64,000 nt of DNA from Takakia lepidozioides (lineage: Eukaryota; Plantae; Bryophyta), in assembly GCA_030704615.1 (NCBI GenBank), contig CM060733.1:66030001-66094000 (forward strand), written 5' to 3'. Made by a program: the position numbers and the translations under genes. Positions 11,961-25,222 of the stretch are shown in pieces (position 1 is the first letter of the stretch; every line of letters begins with the position of its first letter). Below the pieces are notes generated by a model. That model was not told the DNA's origin. It searched no databases and saw only the letters and a list, made by a program, of their open reading frames with translations.

Positions 11961-14425
11961 ATGGCTCCGAATTCCTATGCTATAGTTTGCTGTCCTCCGC
12001 AACTTGGGAGAGCCTGGATCCCAAACGAGGGAGGACTTTGCAGAGTGACCGAAACTTACCTTTGTTCTAAATTCAAGCTCAAACCGGGCACAGTTTATTT
12101 GGAAGAAGAAAGGAAGGATGTTCCTGGACAGGTTGACAAGACCATTGTCGTGCTAGATAACGACGGAGGTTGCGGAATCGAATGGCACGTACCCCCATCA
12201 GACACCATCCTGTACCGAGCTGTGGGAATGTCCATTCCCTTTCCGAATCAGTCGCTGCCCACACCATCCACAAAGGAGTCCGGAAACCGACAGGCGGCCA
12301 CTGCCAACAGAGAGGTATGCAACGATAATCATTCCCGACCTGGACCGTCAAGACCCTCCATAGCTTCTCGTGTGGACGTATTCGACATTTCTGACGATGA
12401 AGATGAGTGCATTGAGGTCCCCATGTCCTCCACACGGTCGTTCAAATCCGACATGGACGTCTCTGCAGGTGCTACGCATGTACTCTCGAGCATAACTCCA
12501 ACCGGTCCATTGTGCAGCTCCTACGGCAACATCACCTCGATGGTTCTCGCTCCGAGCTGGCTGCTCTCGACTATGCCAAATTTCCGGTCAGGAGGTAACG
12601 TATCTACCTCCCAAAGTCGATGGCAATGTCATCTTCGAGTTTCCACCTGTCACTTCCTCAAACAAAGCCTCAGGGATGTTAACAAACATGGATCGAAAGC
12701 ATGACGGACACCCCTGGTGTGTGACGAAGACCAGTAGCACGAAAATTGCTGATGGTGTTCGTGTACGATACGTCCTCTGTGCGGGGAAGCTGAGGTGCCT
12801 GAATCCTGCCTGCTTCCACTTTCTTTCCAAAGGAGGGCGGAGAAACGAGACGGATTGGACTGGCACAACGCATCATCCATTCATTGTCTCCAGCCAAGCT
12901 CCTGTGGGTACTTTCAAGTGCGCACATTGCAAAGAACCACCGACGTGCATGTCCATGTGCAGAGCCAAGCAATATTACGTAATCCATTTGCTCCCGGACT
13001 TGACTAGAGCTTGCATACACGTTGGGGTCCACTGCCACCCCTAGGCGAGAGGCAACATGCCTGAGGCTGTGCAGGAAGCACACGACATCATAAAAGAGGA
13101 GGTGAAATTGAGCCCCGGAGCCAAACCAAAGCAGATTCAGCTGAAGGCAGCCCACAAGATTGCTCTTGGCAAAATCATGTCTGAAGATGGTTCAGACCGA
13201 GTGCCCTTGAACGAAGAGGAGATGCTTGACGGTCTTGCACGTTTGCTCTCTTGGCAAAATCATGTCGGTCTTGCACGTTTGTAGTCCGAATGTGTGGAAT
13301 CACATCGTATCTTGCAAGCAGGAGTTCGGCCGGGGGTCGGACATGCACTCAATCCTGGAGGTGAAACGAATGACTGGATATGACTACATCCAAGGTAGCA
13401 GGTTTCCAGGGCAAGGCAGCGAATCCGATCGTTGTTACATTTTTAAAATGTCGACGTGTGGGCCTGGGAGTGGAGTCGACTTGGTCACTCGCATGACAAC
13501 TGGAAAACCTGTCGAATGCTTGGGTGATGTTTGATCACATCAAGCGAATTACAAACCATCAGTGGGTGACTATGGGTGCGCATGTTTATGACTATCACTC
13601 CAAGAGGCTCATGACGATTGCAATCTGCGAGATGAAAGGGGAGGACACACAGTCGGAGATGCATCTGTGGGAGGGCATAAACGAGCAGATGGCAAGGGCG
13701 GGGATTGCCAGAGCCCAATTTCAGGGGATTCATGGCAGACAACGCTCAGGCCAACTGGGCAGCGGTGCGGCGTGTGTATGGTGAGGACCCCAATGTGCCA
13801 ATGGAGGGGAAAAAGAGATCCTGTGGATTCCATTGGATGCAGAGTCTATCCCACTACACTACTAAATTTGTTGCTAGCTCATTCCAGGCTGAACACCGTG
13901 TCCTTTGTACGGCGTGGAAGGATGCACCCACATTTGATGACGCGGAGGTTAAGTTTGCTATCATCGAGGCTTGGTGGAACACATCAGGTGCAGTGGAGAC
14001 AACCAATCTAGGAGCCTTGCACAGCTGGTTGGGGTGGTGGCATTTCCGGTATCGACAGTTCGGACAGTACATGCGGGAAGTATGATGCTGTCATTTTCGT
14101 GCAATTGTCTTTCTATTACGGACCTTTCCATTGGTTCCTCACCATTGTCTGTGTCCTTTAGGAGCGGTGCTTGGATTCCGGACACGAACATGCCGAACAC
14201 GAATATGGCAGAATCAGTGCACTCCTCCTAGTGAGCGTCTTCTGCCGCACATCTGGTGGACGTAGTGACGGCCACAACGGAGGACATCGACAGAGCAATC
14301 ATGCAGCAAACCACGTACTACAAGTTCCTGAGCGGGAAACAATGGGGCTTTGGGCCGGACAGGGAGGAATTGTTGGTGCGAACAGCTTCGAGGTCGAAGA
14401 ATCCACTGAAATGGGCGACAGCATT
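11961..14425 (+). pseudogene. Mutator-like (MULE) DDE transposase with N-terminal GCM-like zinc domain, 5' part (copy A)
   Basis: YVLCAGKLRCLNPAC...CAHC...C...IHVGVHCHP; then WVMFDHIKR (D1), GFMADNAQANW (D2), SCGFHWMQSL (CxxH), TNMAESVHS (E); frameshifts present. Confidence 0.85.
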
Positions 14426-14857
14426 CACTACAACAGATTGCGGCTTTTACGACTCCCATGGGTGCGCAGTCATGACAGATTTGTGGCAGAAATGCCATTT
14501 GCAGTCGTAAAATGCTTTTGAAGTCATAATGCAGGTCTGGGGAAGGCATATATGCGACTGCATGGCTCCGGACTCTGCGGAACACAGGTCAAACATGTTT
14601 GACCACGAATATTGGCATGGCAGATATGACTACCAGTCACGGTCATGGCTACACTAGAATGACGTGTGTATATTGCTAGAAAGACATATGACTTCATGAC
14701 TCTCACTCTAATGCATTCTGCCAGATCATCACATGGATGAATCACTACATGACTGCACATGTCAACACATGCTTTTCTGGTTATATATATAATATATGAG
14801 TATTTATATTTTGAAAAAACGGAGACTCTGACCACAAGAATCATTTTTTTTTTAAAT

Positions 14858-14858
<1 letters not shown>

Positions 14859-14893
<35 letters not shown>
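14859..14893 (+). repeat. Poly(A) tract, about 34 nt
   Basis: Direct observation. Confidence 0.9.
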
Positions 14894-14894
<1 letters not shown>

Positions 14895-15399
14895 ACATCG
14901 GCTGGGAAGTGCACAGTGTGTCGCCCTGGTGGTTTGGGGTTCAAACCCGCTGCCTTATCCCGTGTGTGGGATTGTTCGTGACAGTATGTCTGGGCGTTGA
15001 TCGTCCTGTACATCTTATGGCCCATAAATGAAGGCGGGTGAATTTCCCCCCTCCTCAAGGACCTGTGGTTTCCTTTAAGAAAAGAAAAAAAAAAAAAAAT
15101 CAAAGAGGGGCTTTAAGGGTTTACAAAAAGGTTAAAAAACTTAAAAAGTTGCCCATCACGGTAGCGTGAACAGACTTAGAGCGAGCGGGAGGGAGAGAGA
15201 GAGAGGGTTGGGACTTAGAGCGAGCGAGCGGGAGAGAGGGCAAACATGCATGGGAGGCCCGCAGTTGGATCAACCTTCGCATTTGGAGCAAGCAACCCTA
15301 GAAACGCTACGGTATGTGTGCGAGGAGGTTTCGGCTGGGAGCCCGCCGTTCTTGGGAGAGTCAGCTTCGTCTTAGCAGGCCGTGTTTCAATCTCTACCC

Positions 15400-17830
15400 G
15401 CTCGGCCCTGATTTTACAGCATGGAGCAGAGCTGGCATGAGTTTCTAAAAGATCCTTCACGATGGTGGGACAACCGCAATCGCAAGGTGTGGCTTTTTCT
15501 TAATGTACGATGTGAAGAAGTTTGTCCATCCTGCAAATGTGGGTTGTTGGCTCCTGTTAGTACCATGATTTGGTATTCTTCCTGATGTTTACAAGGTTCT
15601 TGGGAGAGTTAGCTTGGTCTTAGCAGGCCGTGTTTCAATCTCTGCCCACGCAGCTGCACCGTGGTGGTTCTCACTGACCAATCCAACATTACCTGACTAC
15701 AGAAACAAGCAGCACACTGAAGAGGTCCTCTTGGGTTCATGGTCAGTCAAATCCTCCATGGGCCATGACACAAGGTCGAGGACAATGTGGTGAGGGCACC
15801 TTCTTCTTCGACCTATTTCAGCCTGTTTTGCCCTCTCATCAGACTCGGCCCTTCATTTGCAGCACGGAGCAGAGTTGGCATGAGATTTTTAAATATCCTT
15901 CACGATGGTGCGACAACCGCAATGGCAAGGTGTGGCTTTTCCTTAATGTACGATGTGAAGAAGTTTGTCCATCCTGCAAATGTGGGCTGTTGGCTCCTGT
16001 TAGTACCATGATTTGGTATTCTTCCTGATGTTTCAAGGTTCTTGGGAGAGTCAGCTTGGTCTTAGCAGGCCGTGTTTCAATCTCTGTCTGCTCATCTGCA
16101 CCGTGCTGGTTCTCACAGACCAATCCAACATTACCTGACTACAAGACACAAGCAGCACACACAAGAGGTCCTTTTGGGTTGATGGTCGGTCAAATCCTCT
16201 ATGGGTTCTTCTTCGACCTATTTCAGCCTGTTTTGCCCTCTCATCAGACTCGGCCTTGAGATGCATATTGAATTATGTAAGTTAGCTTGTTGCTCATTGA
16301 TAAGTAGGGTTGGGGGTGTTTGCTGGAATGATTGTTGTATGCATGATTTTGTGCAGAGGCATAGATAGCTGAAGGAGCAGGGATAGAGTGTGGAAGAGGG
16401 CCAGATTTCAAGCTCCAGATTATCTATGATTCCCTGTGGAAGGATAGATACAAGAAATGCCAAGGTTGCAGGGTGCAACTACAAGGATACATGGTTGTTT
16501 TGATAATATGGCTGAATGAGATGTGGTACCAGCCTAGCCATAATTGCACTTACCTAGAGTAGGCAATGAGTGAAGACGGGGTTTGTGATGTTGATCGTCC
16601 AAGCTGGAATTAAACAAATGTTGTTCTGAACTATGCCCTTGTGGACTTGTATGCCAAATTGGGGTGCATGGAGGATGATGATCCCAGGATATGCACAACA
16701 GCGGACGGGATGGAGGCCCTTTGGAGAGGTCTATGAGCAAGTGGTGTGGGAAGGGATACTGCAGCGCAACCACATCGCGTTTGTTACATTTGCAACATGT
16801 GTGCAAGCCTGGCAGCCCTGCAAAATAGCAAAGAGGTTCGTGGTGGAATTGTACTAGATGTCGATCTGAACTTTGACATGATGCCAATGTGACAACAGGA
16901 AAGTATCCAGAAATAGGTCACAGAGACGAGGAGAAGTTGTGGAATGGTGGGACAACCGAGGGAAAAAGGTTAATGCCTGTTAGATTATAGAGGGCAGACG
17001 CAATTCAGCATAGGAACTAGTGTGATAAGCTGAGTTGGGTGTTTCTAGAACAAATGTATGTCATTATCAGCTGCAAGGCAAGGAAGTATGCATGATTTGT
17101 GCAGAAGCAGTGATAGCTGAAAGAGCAGGGATAGAGTATGGGTCCAGATTCATCCAAGAGGGCCAGATTTCAAGCACATGATTACCTATGATTACCTGTG
17201 GATTTAGCTATAAGAAACCTGCATGGGTAGATGGTGAACTGGAAGCCGCAGGAGTAGCGGCACAATTGATAAAATCAAGCACTGCTAATAAAGGCACCTT
17301 CTTCAACACATTTCACCCTGTTTTTCCCTCTTATCAGAACCGGCCCTAATTTCAATGTCTGCAAGTTAGCTGGTCGAGTGAATCTAGTTTGGAGTGACTT
17401 TGACATGATATTGCCAATGTGACAACAGGAAAGTATCGAAAAACAGTTAACGGAGATGAGGGGAAGCTGTGGAATGAATACTTTTCTGACCCCAGTCAAT
17501 GGTGGGACAACCGAGGCAAAAAGGTAAATGCCTGTTGGATTACAGAGAGTAACAGATGCAATTGAGAATAGGAACTAGTGTGGTAAGTTGAGTTGGGTGT
17601 TTGCTGGAACAAATGTAGGCTGTCATTGTCAGCTGCTAACAGCAATGCAAGGATATATGCATGATCTATGCAGAGGCATGGATAGCTGAAGGAGCAGGGA
17701 TAGAGTGTGGGTCCAGATCATCCAAGAAAGCCGGATTTCAAGCTCCAGATTACCTATGATTCCCTGTGGAAGGATAGCTACAAGAAACCTGCATGGGTAG
17801 ATGGTCATGGGTAGATGGTAGATAGTTTGG
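15400..17830 (+). pseudogene. Tandemly duplicated captured fragments of an OSB-like (PDF-motif) / PPR gene
   Basis: WNEYFSDPSQWWDNRGKK followed by a GT donor (near 17470-17525); HPRKPDFKLQITYDSLWKDSYKKPAWVD (near 17718-17805); WHEIFKYPSRWCDNRNGK (near 15875); degenerate PPR near 16630-16850. Confidence 0.7.
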
Positions 17831-18490
17831 AGTGACTTTGATATGATACTGCCAAAGTGACAATAAAAAAGTATCCATAAACAGGTAACAGTAGCAGATG
17901 CAATTCAGCACAGGCACTAAGGCAAACTCTCCTTCCCCGCAAGGGTGTGTTTTGGTATCTGAGCGAATAAATATTTTATCTAAGAATATAATTTCAAAAA
18001 TTCGTTATTTAATAATGTGCCACTGTCCCATGTTGGTCAGTAATAATAATTATAATAACAAATAATTATAATAATTATTTTAGTAATTATAATAACAATA
18101 AAGTAAATCTACAACCCCCAACAGCGACGCGTGTCAATTGACATGAGGAACCACGTGTCAAAATCACGATGCGACACATGCTGACGTCTGATTCCCTCCT
18201 CTGCAATCGGATGGCATCGCAGTCTGACAAGTGGCGTGTTCTGTAGAGAGCACGTGTCTCTATTACACAGCGGCTGACATGGACCCGTTCAGTCATTCAG
18301 TAATGCCAGCGTGTATGACTACCCCCACAGCTGCTCTAGCGCCACGTGACAGCCAGCCTGGAGAGTCATATCTGCCATGTCACAACTGACTAGGTCTTTA
18401 CGTCTGTAGAGTCAGGAAGTCGTAAATGGCTTCCATGACTGCATTTGCAGTCATAACACAGAGACGTAAAAGCCGCAATTTGTTGTAGTG

Positions 18491-19659
18491 ATTGCGAGAG
18501 AAGATCAAAGGGACGCCTCTGCACCGCAGAGGTGAGCACCTAGAGGGGGACGTCCGTACTCGCCCTGTGAGGCGGAGGATTGAAGAGGAACCCGGGTGCG
18601 AAGAGGATTCCTGGAGATCCGACAGGAACATTCGGACAGCACCTCGAGGGCCCGTCATGTTGCCGCACAATGTGTCTTCCAGCAGTGGAAGCCCAAGAAA
18701 TTCCAGATCGCCATCGCCTTCAAGCGGGGATTCCGTGCGAGAAATTCCCACCGCTCGCTTGCCCCAGATTCCGCCCCCTATTATGCAGTATGGCCAAGCC
18801 ATTGTGGAGACGACTGTGTCTGCGTCACAGTGGAGAATTGCTCGCACAAAGCCGTCGTTTCGAGGCAGGTGTTCCGCAATTCGAGTGGATACACGACAAT
18901 GTTGTTTAGAGATAATAAGGAGGAATCCAGATGGTGCTGTCCCTGCTCCTACTTTTACAGGAAGATTTGTCCATGCAAAGTTTGCGGAGGCGACAACCAC
19001 CCAGTTATGGTTCTGCAGGCACGACATTATGACTTGCGTGTATGGAAAGCCCAAGTACAGCATACAAACAATGCCAGAGGCTCCCCGGTGTGGCCGGTGG
19101 AACCAGGCTGCGATCTGAGTCAGGTTGAGGCCGACGCCCTTATCGCCGCAGGATTTTGGATGGTGCAGCACACTGACGTCCCCAGACAACCATTTCCGCT
19201 TCCACAGCCTCCACCACCGACCCTTGTGAGAGTAAGAACAATGGGACCCGACAGCTCTAAGCATCCTACACACCGTTGGGGGAAACCGAAGAGGCGGCGA
19301 CCTCCCTCAAAAGTGAACGAGACAAGGATGGGGAATGCACTTCGGATGAACTGTACAATCCAGAGTTCGACAGAAGTGCCCCCACCAGGCTTCGGGCGTG
19401 TGTATCAGATGGCCACGGCAGGGCTCAGCTGTTCGCAATGAGGTGTACACCATCACCATTTCAGAATTACCCACCTGCAATTGCACCGACTTTCAGATCA
19501 TGGCGAACAAAGGGCATCATACTGCCTTGCAAGCATCTGTACTACGTGTACCTAAAGAGACTCCGGTGTAATTCCACAACTCATCACTTCATACATGCAC
19601 CAGGGTTGAGCCCCCAAGAGGTGCACACTCTTCTGAATATGGATCCAGGGGACCAGTGA
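18491..19659 (+). pseudogene. MULE-like transposase 3' part, ending in a SWIM-like zinc finger (copy A)
   Basis: In-frame continuation LREKIKGTPLHRRGEHLEG; Cys-rich QWRIAR..C..C..LWFCRHDIMTC; terminal LSCS...ILPCKHLYYVY. Confidence 0.75.
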
Positions 19660-19911
19660 CCTTGGCTTGCGGTCCCAACACAATGGTACGCCCATCCTTT
19701 TCGGATAGTAGAACTGTACTGTGCAAGTAGCTCTGACTCTGGCCACAGAAAGGTCCGACTTATGTCTTGCCTACCAGTAATCTGTTTTGCTCGAACTAAG
19801 ATAATACTATGTCATTCACTCGTGTTTCCACGTGCATGTATTTTTGTGTGTTGGAGGGTTCCTGTTTTTCTGCTCTCCCAAACTTTGCTTTCCTCATTCG
19901 ACCCCCGGCAA

Positions 19912-20468
19912 GGAAATGCGGCGCCGCATTTCCAAGTAACGTCGTAGGTACTGGTAGATGTGGCATTCACCAACACCGAACTGCCCAGAAATTTCGCACG
20001 TGCGAACCCTAATGCGGCACCGCATTTCCTAGTTCACTTGCAAAACTTTCCCGCCGAATACTGGAAGATGACATAATTGTGCAGACTCTATTGGTTCAGT
20101 CACGGCAAAAGGGTCAGCTTCATTCCAATGTTAAGGCATGTAAAACCGCGGAATACTCTATACAGGCCAGTATGCGACGTCCTTTTGCCGTGGTATACTG
20201 GATTTCTCGTTGCACGGTCACTCATTTCCATGAGCGGAGTTGTTACTGACGACATATCTTCGCCGCATTACAGGATCCGTAACTTCCAAAAACGGCAAGG
20301 TCAAATAAAAAATTATTATTTTAATACTTGTTTAATCTGCCGCATTTCCAAATTTGGAGGAGTCCGCTCATGAAATCCGCGTGTCTTAGACTTCGGCTCA
20401 CCGCTCATGCGGCTCATGCGGCTCATGGCTCATGGCTCATGGTTTCTGCTCATGAAATAGTAAACCTC
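19912..20468. mobile_element. Putative right terminus of the MULE-like element (two palindromes, GCTCATG micro-repeats, end ...CATGAAATAGTAAACCTC)
   Basis: Abrupt switch to PPR coding sequence at 20469; terminus would read GAGGTTTACTATTTCATGAGC on the minus strand; partner TIR not seen in the window. Confidence 0.45.
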
Positions 20469-21010
20469 CTCCATCCCGCACCCATGCTGTGCATATCTTG
20501 CAATCATTGCACTCCAAGACACCACATTTCGTTCAGCCATTAGGTCGAACACTCCCTTTGCATCCTCAATGCACCCACATTTAGCATACATGTCCACCAG
20601 GGTACTATTCAGAATGACATCTGGTACAATTCCAGCTTTGACAATGTCTGCATGGACTTCCTTGCCCTTATCCAGCACTGCCAGGCTCGCACACACCTTG
20701 CAAACCTAACCTGGGGTGATCTGGTCGGGCTTCACCTCTTCCCTCATCATTTGCTCATAGTTCTCCAAAGCCTCCATCCCACGCCCCTGCTATGCATAAG
20801 CTGTGATCATCGCAGTCCAAGACACCACATCTTGTTCGGCCATATTGTCCAACACTCCCTTTGCATCCTCGATGCTCCCACATTTTGCATACATGTTCAT
20901 CAGAACAGTGTCCAGAACAACACCTGGTACGATTCCAGCTTCGACAATGACAGCATGGACCTCTTTACCCTTTTGCAGGGCTGCCAGGATCACACACGCA
21001 TTGCAAACAC
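20469..21010 (-). pseudogene. PLS-class PPR fragments
   Basis: TLVDMYAKCGCIEDAKGVFDLMAERNVVSWSAMIARYAQHGCG. Confidence 0.9.
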
Positions 21011-21489
21011 AGTACATGAAGGAAGGGAAGAAGAAGGAGATGGAGGGCGCGTTCGCCGAGCAGGAGTGACTTGAAAATCTCGCTAAGTCCTTGGCCCCCT
21101 CAGTGCGACTTACGGAGCACACGACCCGAGCTCCTTATCAATTGTCCCGCTCGCAATTCGACGCGTGTCATTGTAATTTCAAAATAGTGCCATATGTTAC
21201 AATTGAAAAAAATGTCCCCGGGGGGTCCAACCCGCAGTCGTCAACACGACTGCAAATTTCATTAATATAATTTGTTTTTTCCCGATTTTTGAAAATTAGC
21301 CTATAAATCGGCGTGAAACCTGGAGTTCACTTCTGCAACTTGTATACTCCATCATTTATGCCAGCGTGGCATAAAAACGACTGCGACGACTGGCGAGTCA
21401 TCATTCACAACCTGGAGTCCCACGCACAGTCATTTCGGACAGAATTGCAACCGCGAGTCGGGTGCGAAAAGCATCTATTCCTTGTAGTT
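21011..21489. mobile_element. Possible degenerate CACTA end
   Basis: Ends ...TTCCTTGTAGTT (reverse complement AACTACAAGG, compared with CACTACAAG), with subterminal ACGACTGC/GCAGTCGT repeats; abuts the truncated transposase. Confidence 0.4.
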
Positions 21490-23935
21490 AATTCTCTCGC
21501 AATGCTGTTGCCCATTTCAATGGATTCTTCGACCTCAAAGTTGTTCGTACCAACAATTCCTCCCTATCCGGCCCAAAGCCCCATTGTTTCCCGCTCAGGA
21601 ACTTGTAGTACCTGGCTTGCTGCATGATTGCTCTATCGATGTCCTCCGTTGTGGCCGCCACTACGTCCACCAGATGTGTGGCAGAAGACGCTCCCTAGAA
21701 AGAGTGGACTGATTCTGCCATATTCGTGTTTGGCATGTCCGTGTCGGAATCCAGGCACCGCTCCTACAAGGACAGAAACAATGGTGAGGGAAAAATTGAA
21801 AGGTCTGTAATAGAATGACAATTGCAGCAAAAGTCTCGCATCATACCTCCCGCATGTACTATCCGAACTGTCCATACCGGTAATGCCACCACCCCAACCA
21901 GCTGTGCAAGGCTCCCAGATTGGTTGTCTCCACTGCACCTGATGTGTTTCACCAAGCCTCGATGATAGCAAACTTAACCTCCGCTTCATCAAATGTGGGT
22001 GCATCCTTCCACGTCGTACAAATGACACGGTGTTCAGCTTGGAATGAGCTGGCAACAAATTTTGTAGTGTAGTGAGATAGACTCTGCATCCAATAGAATC
22101 CACATGATCTCTCTTTCCCCTCCATTGGAACATTGGAGTCCTCACCATATACACGCCGCACCGCTGCCCAGTTGGCCTGAGCGTTGTCTGCCATGAATCC
22201 CTTGAAATTGGGCTTTGGCAAACCCGCCTTTGTCATCTGCTCGTTTATGTCCTCCCACAGATGCATCTCTGATTATGTGTCCTCCCCTTTCATCTCGCAG
22301 ATTGCAATCGTCATGAGCCTCTTGGAGTGATAGTCATAAACATGCACACCCGTGGTCACCCACTGATGGTTTGTAATTCACTTGATGTGGTCAAACATCA
22401 CCCAAGCAGTCGACAAGTTCCCAGTTGTCATTCGAGTGACCAAGTCGACTCCACTCCCAGGCCCACACGTTGACATTTTCAAAATGTAACAATGATCGGA
22501 TTCGTTGCCTTGCCTTAGAAACCTGCTACCTTGAATGTAGTCATATCCAGTCCTTCGTTTCACCTCTAGGATCGAGTGCATGTCCGACCCCCGGCCGAAC
22601 TCCTGCTTGCAAGATACGATGTGATTCCGCACATTCGGACTACAAACCTGCGAGACGGACTCCAACAGGTCAAGCATCTCCTCTTCGTTCAAGGGCACTC
22701 GGTCCTTTCCATCTTCATACATAATTTTGCCAAGAGCAATCTTGTGGGCTGCCTTCAGCTGAATCTACTTTGGTCTGGCTCCGGGGCTCAATTTCACCTC
22801 CTATTTTATGATGTCGTGTGCTTCCTGCACAGCCTCCCGCATGTTGCCTCTCGCCAAGGGGTGGCAGGGGACCCCAACGTGTATGCAAGCTCTAGTCAAG
22901 TCTGGGAGCATATGGATGACATAATATTTCTTGGCTCTGCACATGGATATGCATGTCGGTGGTTCTTTGCAATGTGCGCACTTGGTTTCAAAATGAAAGC
23001 GCTGGAGCCTGGCTGGAGACAATGAATGGATGATGGGTTGTACCAGTCCAATCCGTCTCGTTTCTCCGCCCTCCTTTGGAGAGAAAGTGGAAGCAGGTGG
23101 GATTGAGGCGCCTTAGCTTCCCCGCACAAAGGACGTATCGTATACGAACACCATCAGCAATTTCCGTGCTACTGGTCTTCGTCACACACCAGGGGTGTCC
23201 GTCATGCTTTCGATCCATGTCTGTTAACATCCTTGAGGCTTTGTTTGACGAAGTAACAGGTGGAAACTCGAAGATCACATTACCATCGACTTTGGGAGGC
23301 AGATATGTTACCTTCCTAACTGGAAATTTGGCATAGTCGAGAGCAGCCAGCTTGGAGCGAGAACCATTGAGGTGATGTTGTCGTAGGAGCTGCACAATGG
23401 AACGGGTTGGAGTTATGCTCGGGGGTACATGCGTAGCACCTGCAGAGACGTCCATGTCGGATTTGAACGACCTTGTGGAGGACATGGGGACCTCCATGCA
23501 CTCTCATTCCTCGTCAGAAATGTCGAATACCTCCACACGAGAAGCTATGGAAGGTCTTGACGGTCCAGGTCGGGAATGATTATCGTTGCATATCTCTCTG
23601 TTGACAGTGGCCGCCTGTCGGTTTCCCGACTTCTTTTGTGGTTCGGCAACGACTGATTTGTGATTGAATGGCATTCCCACAGCGCGATACAAGATGGTGT
23701 CTGATGGGGGTACATGCCACTCCATTCCGCAACCTCCGTCGGCACCTAGCACGACAATGGTCTCATCAACCTGTCCAGGAACATCCTTCATTTCTTCTTC
23801 CAAACAAACTGTGCCCGGTTTGAGCTTGAATTTGGAACAAAGGTAAGTCTCAGTCACTCTGCAAAGTCCTCCCTTGTTGGGATCCAGGCTCTTCCAAGTT
23901 GCGGAGGACAACAAATAGCGTAGGAATTGAGTCGG
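21490..23935 (-). pseudogene. GCM-like/MULE transposase (copy B)
   Basis: Same motifs as copy A (AWVMFDHIK, FMADNAQANW, SCGFYWMQSL); multiple stops and frameshifts. Confidence 0.88.
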
Positions 23936-24344
23936 ACACAGAGAGACATGAAGTGCGGGTTCTCTATAGGGACAGACCAAGGCTTAGTGACACCACGTAC
24001 TTGGAACTGTGGAGGCCATCGACGATTGGAAGTCGCACATTGAAGTCGAGCATAATGTTTCTTGATACATGCATGAAGGTGGGAGCTCCGATTCCATATC
24101 GAGTATGTATGACAATGATGGCGAATTCGGCGAACCAATAACATCTCCAGACAGTTTTTGCTAAGGCTGGATCCTGCCATATTCTCGTTTTCACACATGA
24201 ACGTTCGCACTAACAAGTGCCAGGAATGTTAGTTAAAATGGTTAGACAACAAAAAGTTTGCTCATTAGAGATCCGTTGTATCCAAAGCATTGCATATCCG
24301 GAACAAAGCATTCCCGTTCGACATGGTCGTCTCTCTGAGTGTGA

Positions 24345-24885
24345 ATGGAAATGCGGCACCGCATTTCCGTCAACTGGGAAACCAAACTAGTGCTGGAACG
24401 GAAATGCGGTATCGCAATTCCGTCCAGGCTATTCCTTTGGAAGAGAGCGGGTGCCGCATTCCGTCCACTGTTCCACTTGGCACATGATGGAACGGAAATG
24501 TGGTACCGCATTTTCATCCACTGTACAAGCAGGCACATGGTGGAACAGAAATGCGGTACCGCATTCCCGTCAAATGGGACACGTAAGCCATGGTGAAACA
24601 GAAATGCGGCACCGCATTTCCGTCGACTGGGACACCTTTGATAGGCAAGAACGGAAATGCGGTGCCGCATTTCCGTCCGGGCTCTTACTTTGGAATGCAA
24701 CAGACGGAAATGCGGCACCACATTTCCGTCCGGGCTCTTCCTTTGCAAGTGAGCCGACGGAAATGCAGTGCCGCATTTCCGTCCACTGTACCACCACATG
24801 GTTGAACGGAAATTCAGCACCTCATTTCCTTCCCAGGGGAGACATGCAACATGGTGGAACAGAAATGCAGTGCCGCATTCCGTAC
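24345..24885. repeat. Palindrome array (about 10 copies)
   Basis: GGAAATGCGGYRCCGCATTTCC at roughly 52-54 bp spacing. Confidence 0.93.
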
Positions 24886-25222
24886 GGTATGTTACTTTCT
24901 GAGTTGTGAAACATATGCCGAAATAGTAAGACAGTAAGAAATCACTTGTTGACGGTGAACTCCGATTATGTAAGATTGAAAAACTTGAAGACTTCAGGCA
25001 GACAAGGACAACAACACAAGGACAACTACGAGAACCTTAGGACATGACGATTCACAAGAGAAATCCATATTCACCAAAAACTTATATTTGTTCTTCATGG
25101 GAATAAGTCCGGAAATCTGTCCTCTCTAAATAACTTATGTCCCCAAATGGAGGACAGCACTACCACGGCCTGTAGAATTGAAACACCCCCGACAATGTTC
25201 TTGAGGTTCCCCGTTCCGATGC

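Larger units (their letters stand above)
14426..18490. mobile_element. Non-autonomous CACTA element (4065 bp) carrying host gene fragments; TSD ATT
   Basis: CACTACAACAGATTGCGGCTTTTACG ... CGTAAAAGCCGCAATTTGTTGTAGTG (26-bp TIR, 1 mismatch); ATT on both sides; removing it restores KWATA-LREKIKG in the transposase. Confidence 0.95.

Noticed and set aside
14859-14893. Poly(A) tail of a LINE/SINE or retrocopy
   Set aside because: No recognisable retroelement body or TSD; it lies within the AT-rich subterminal region of a CACTA element
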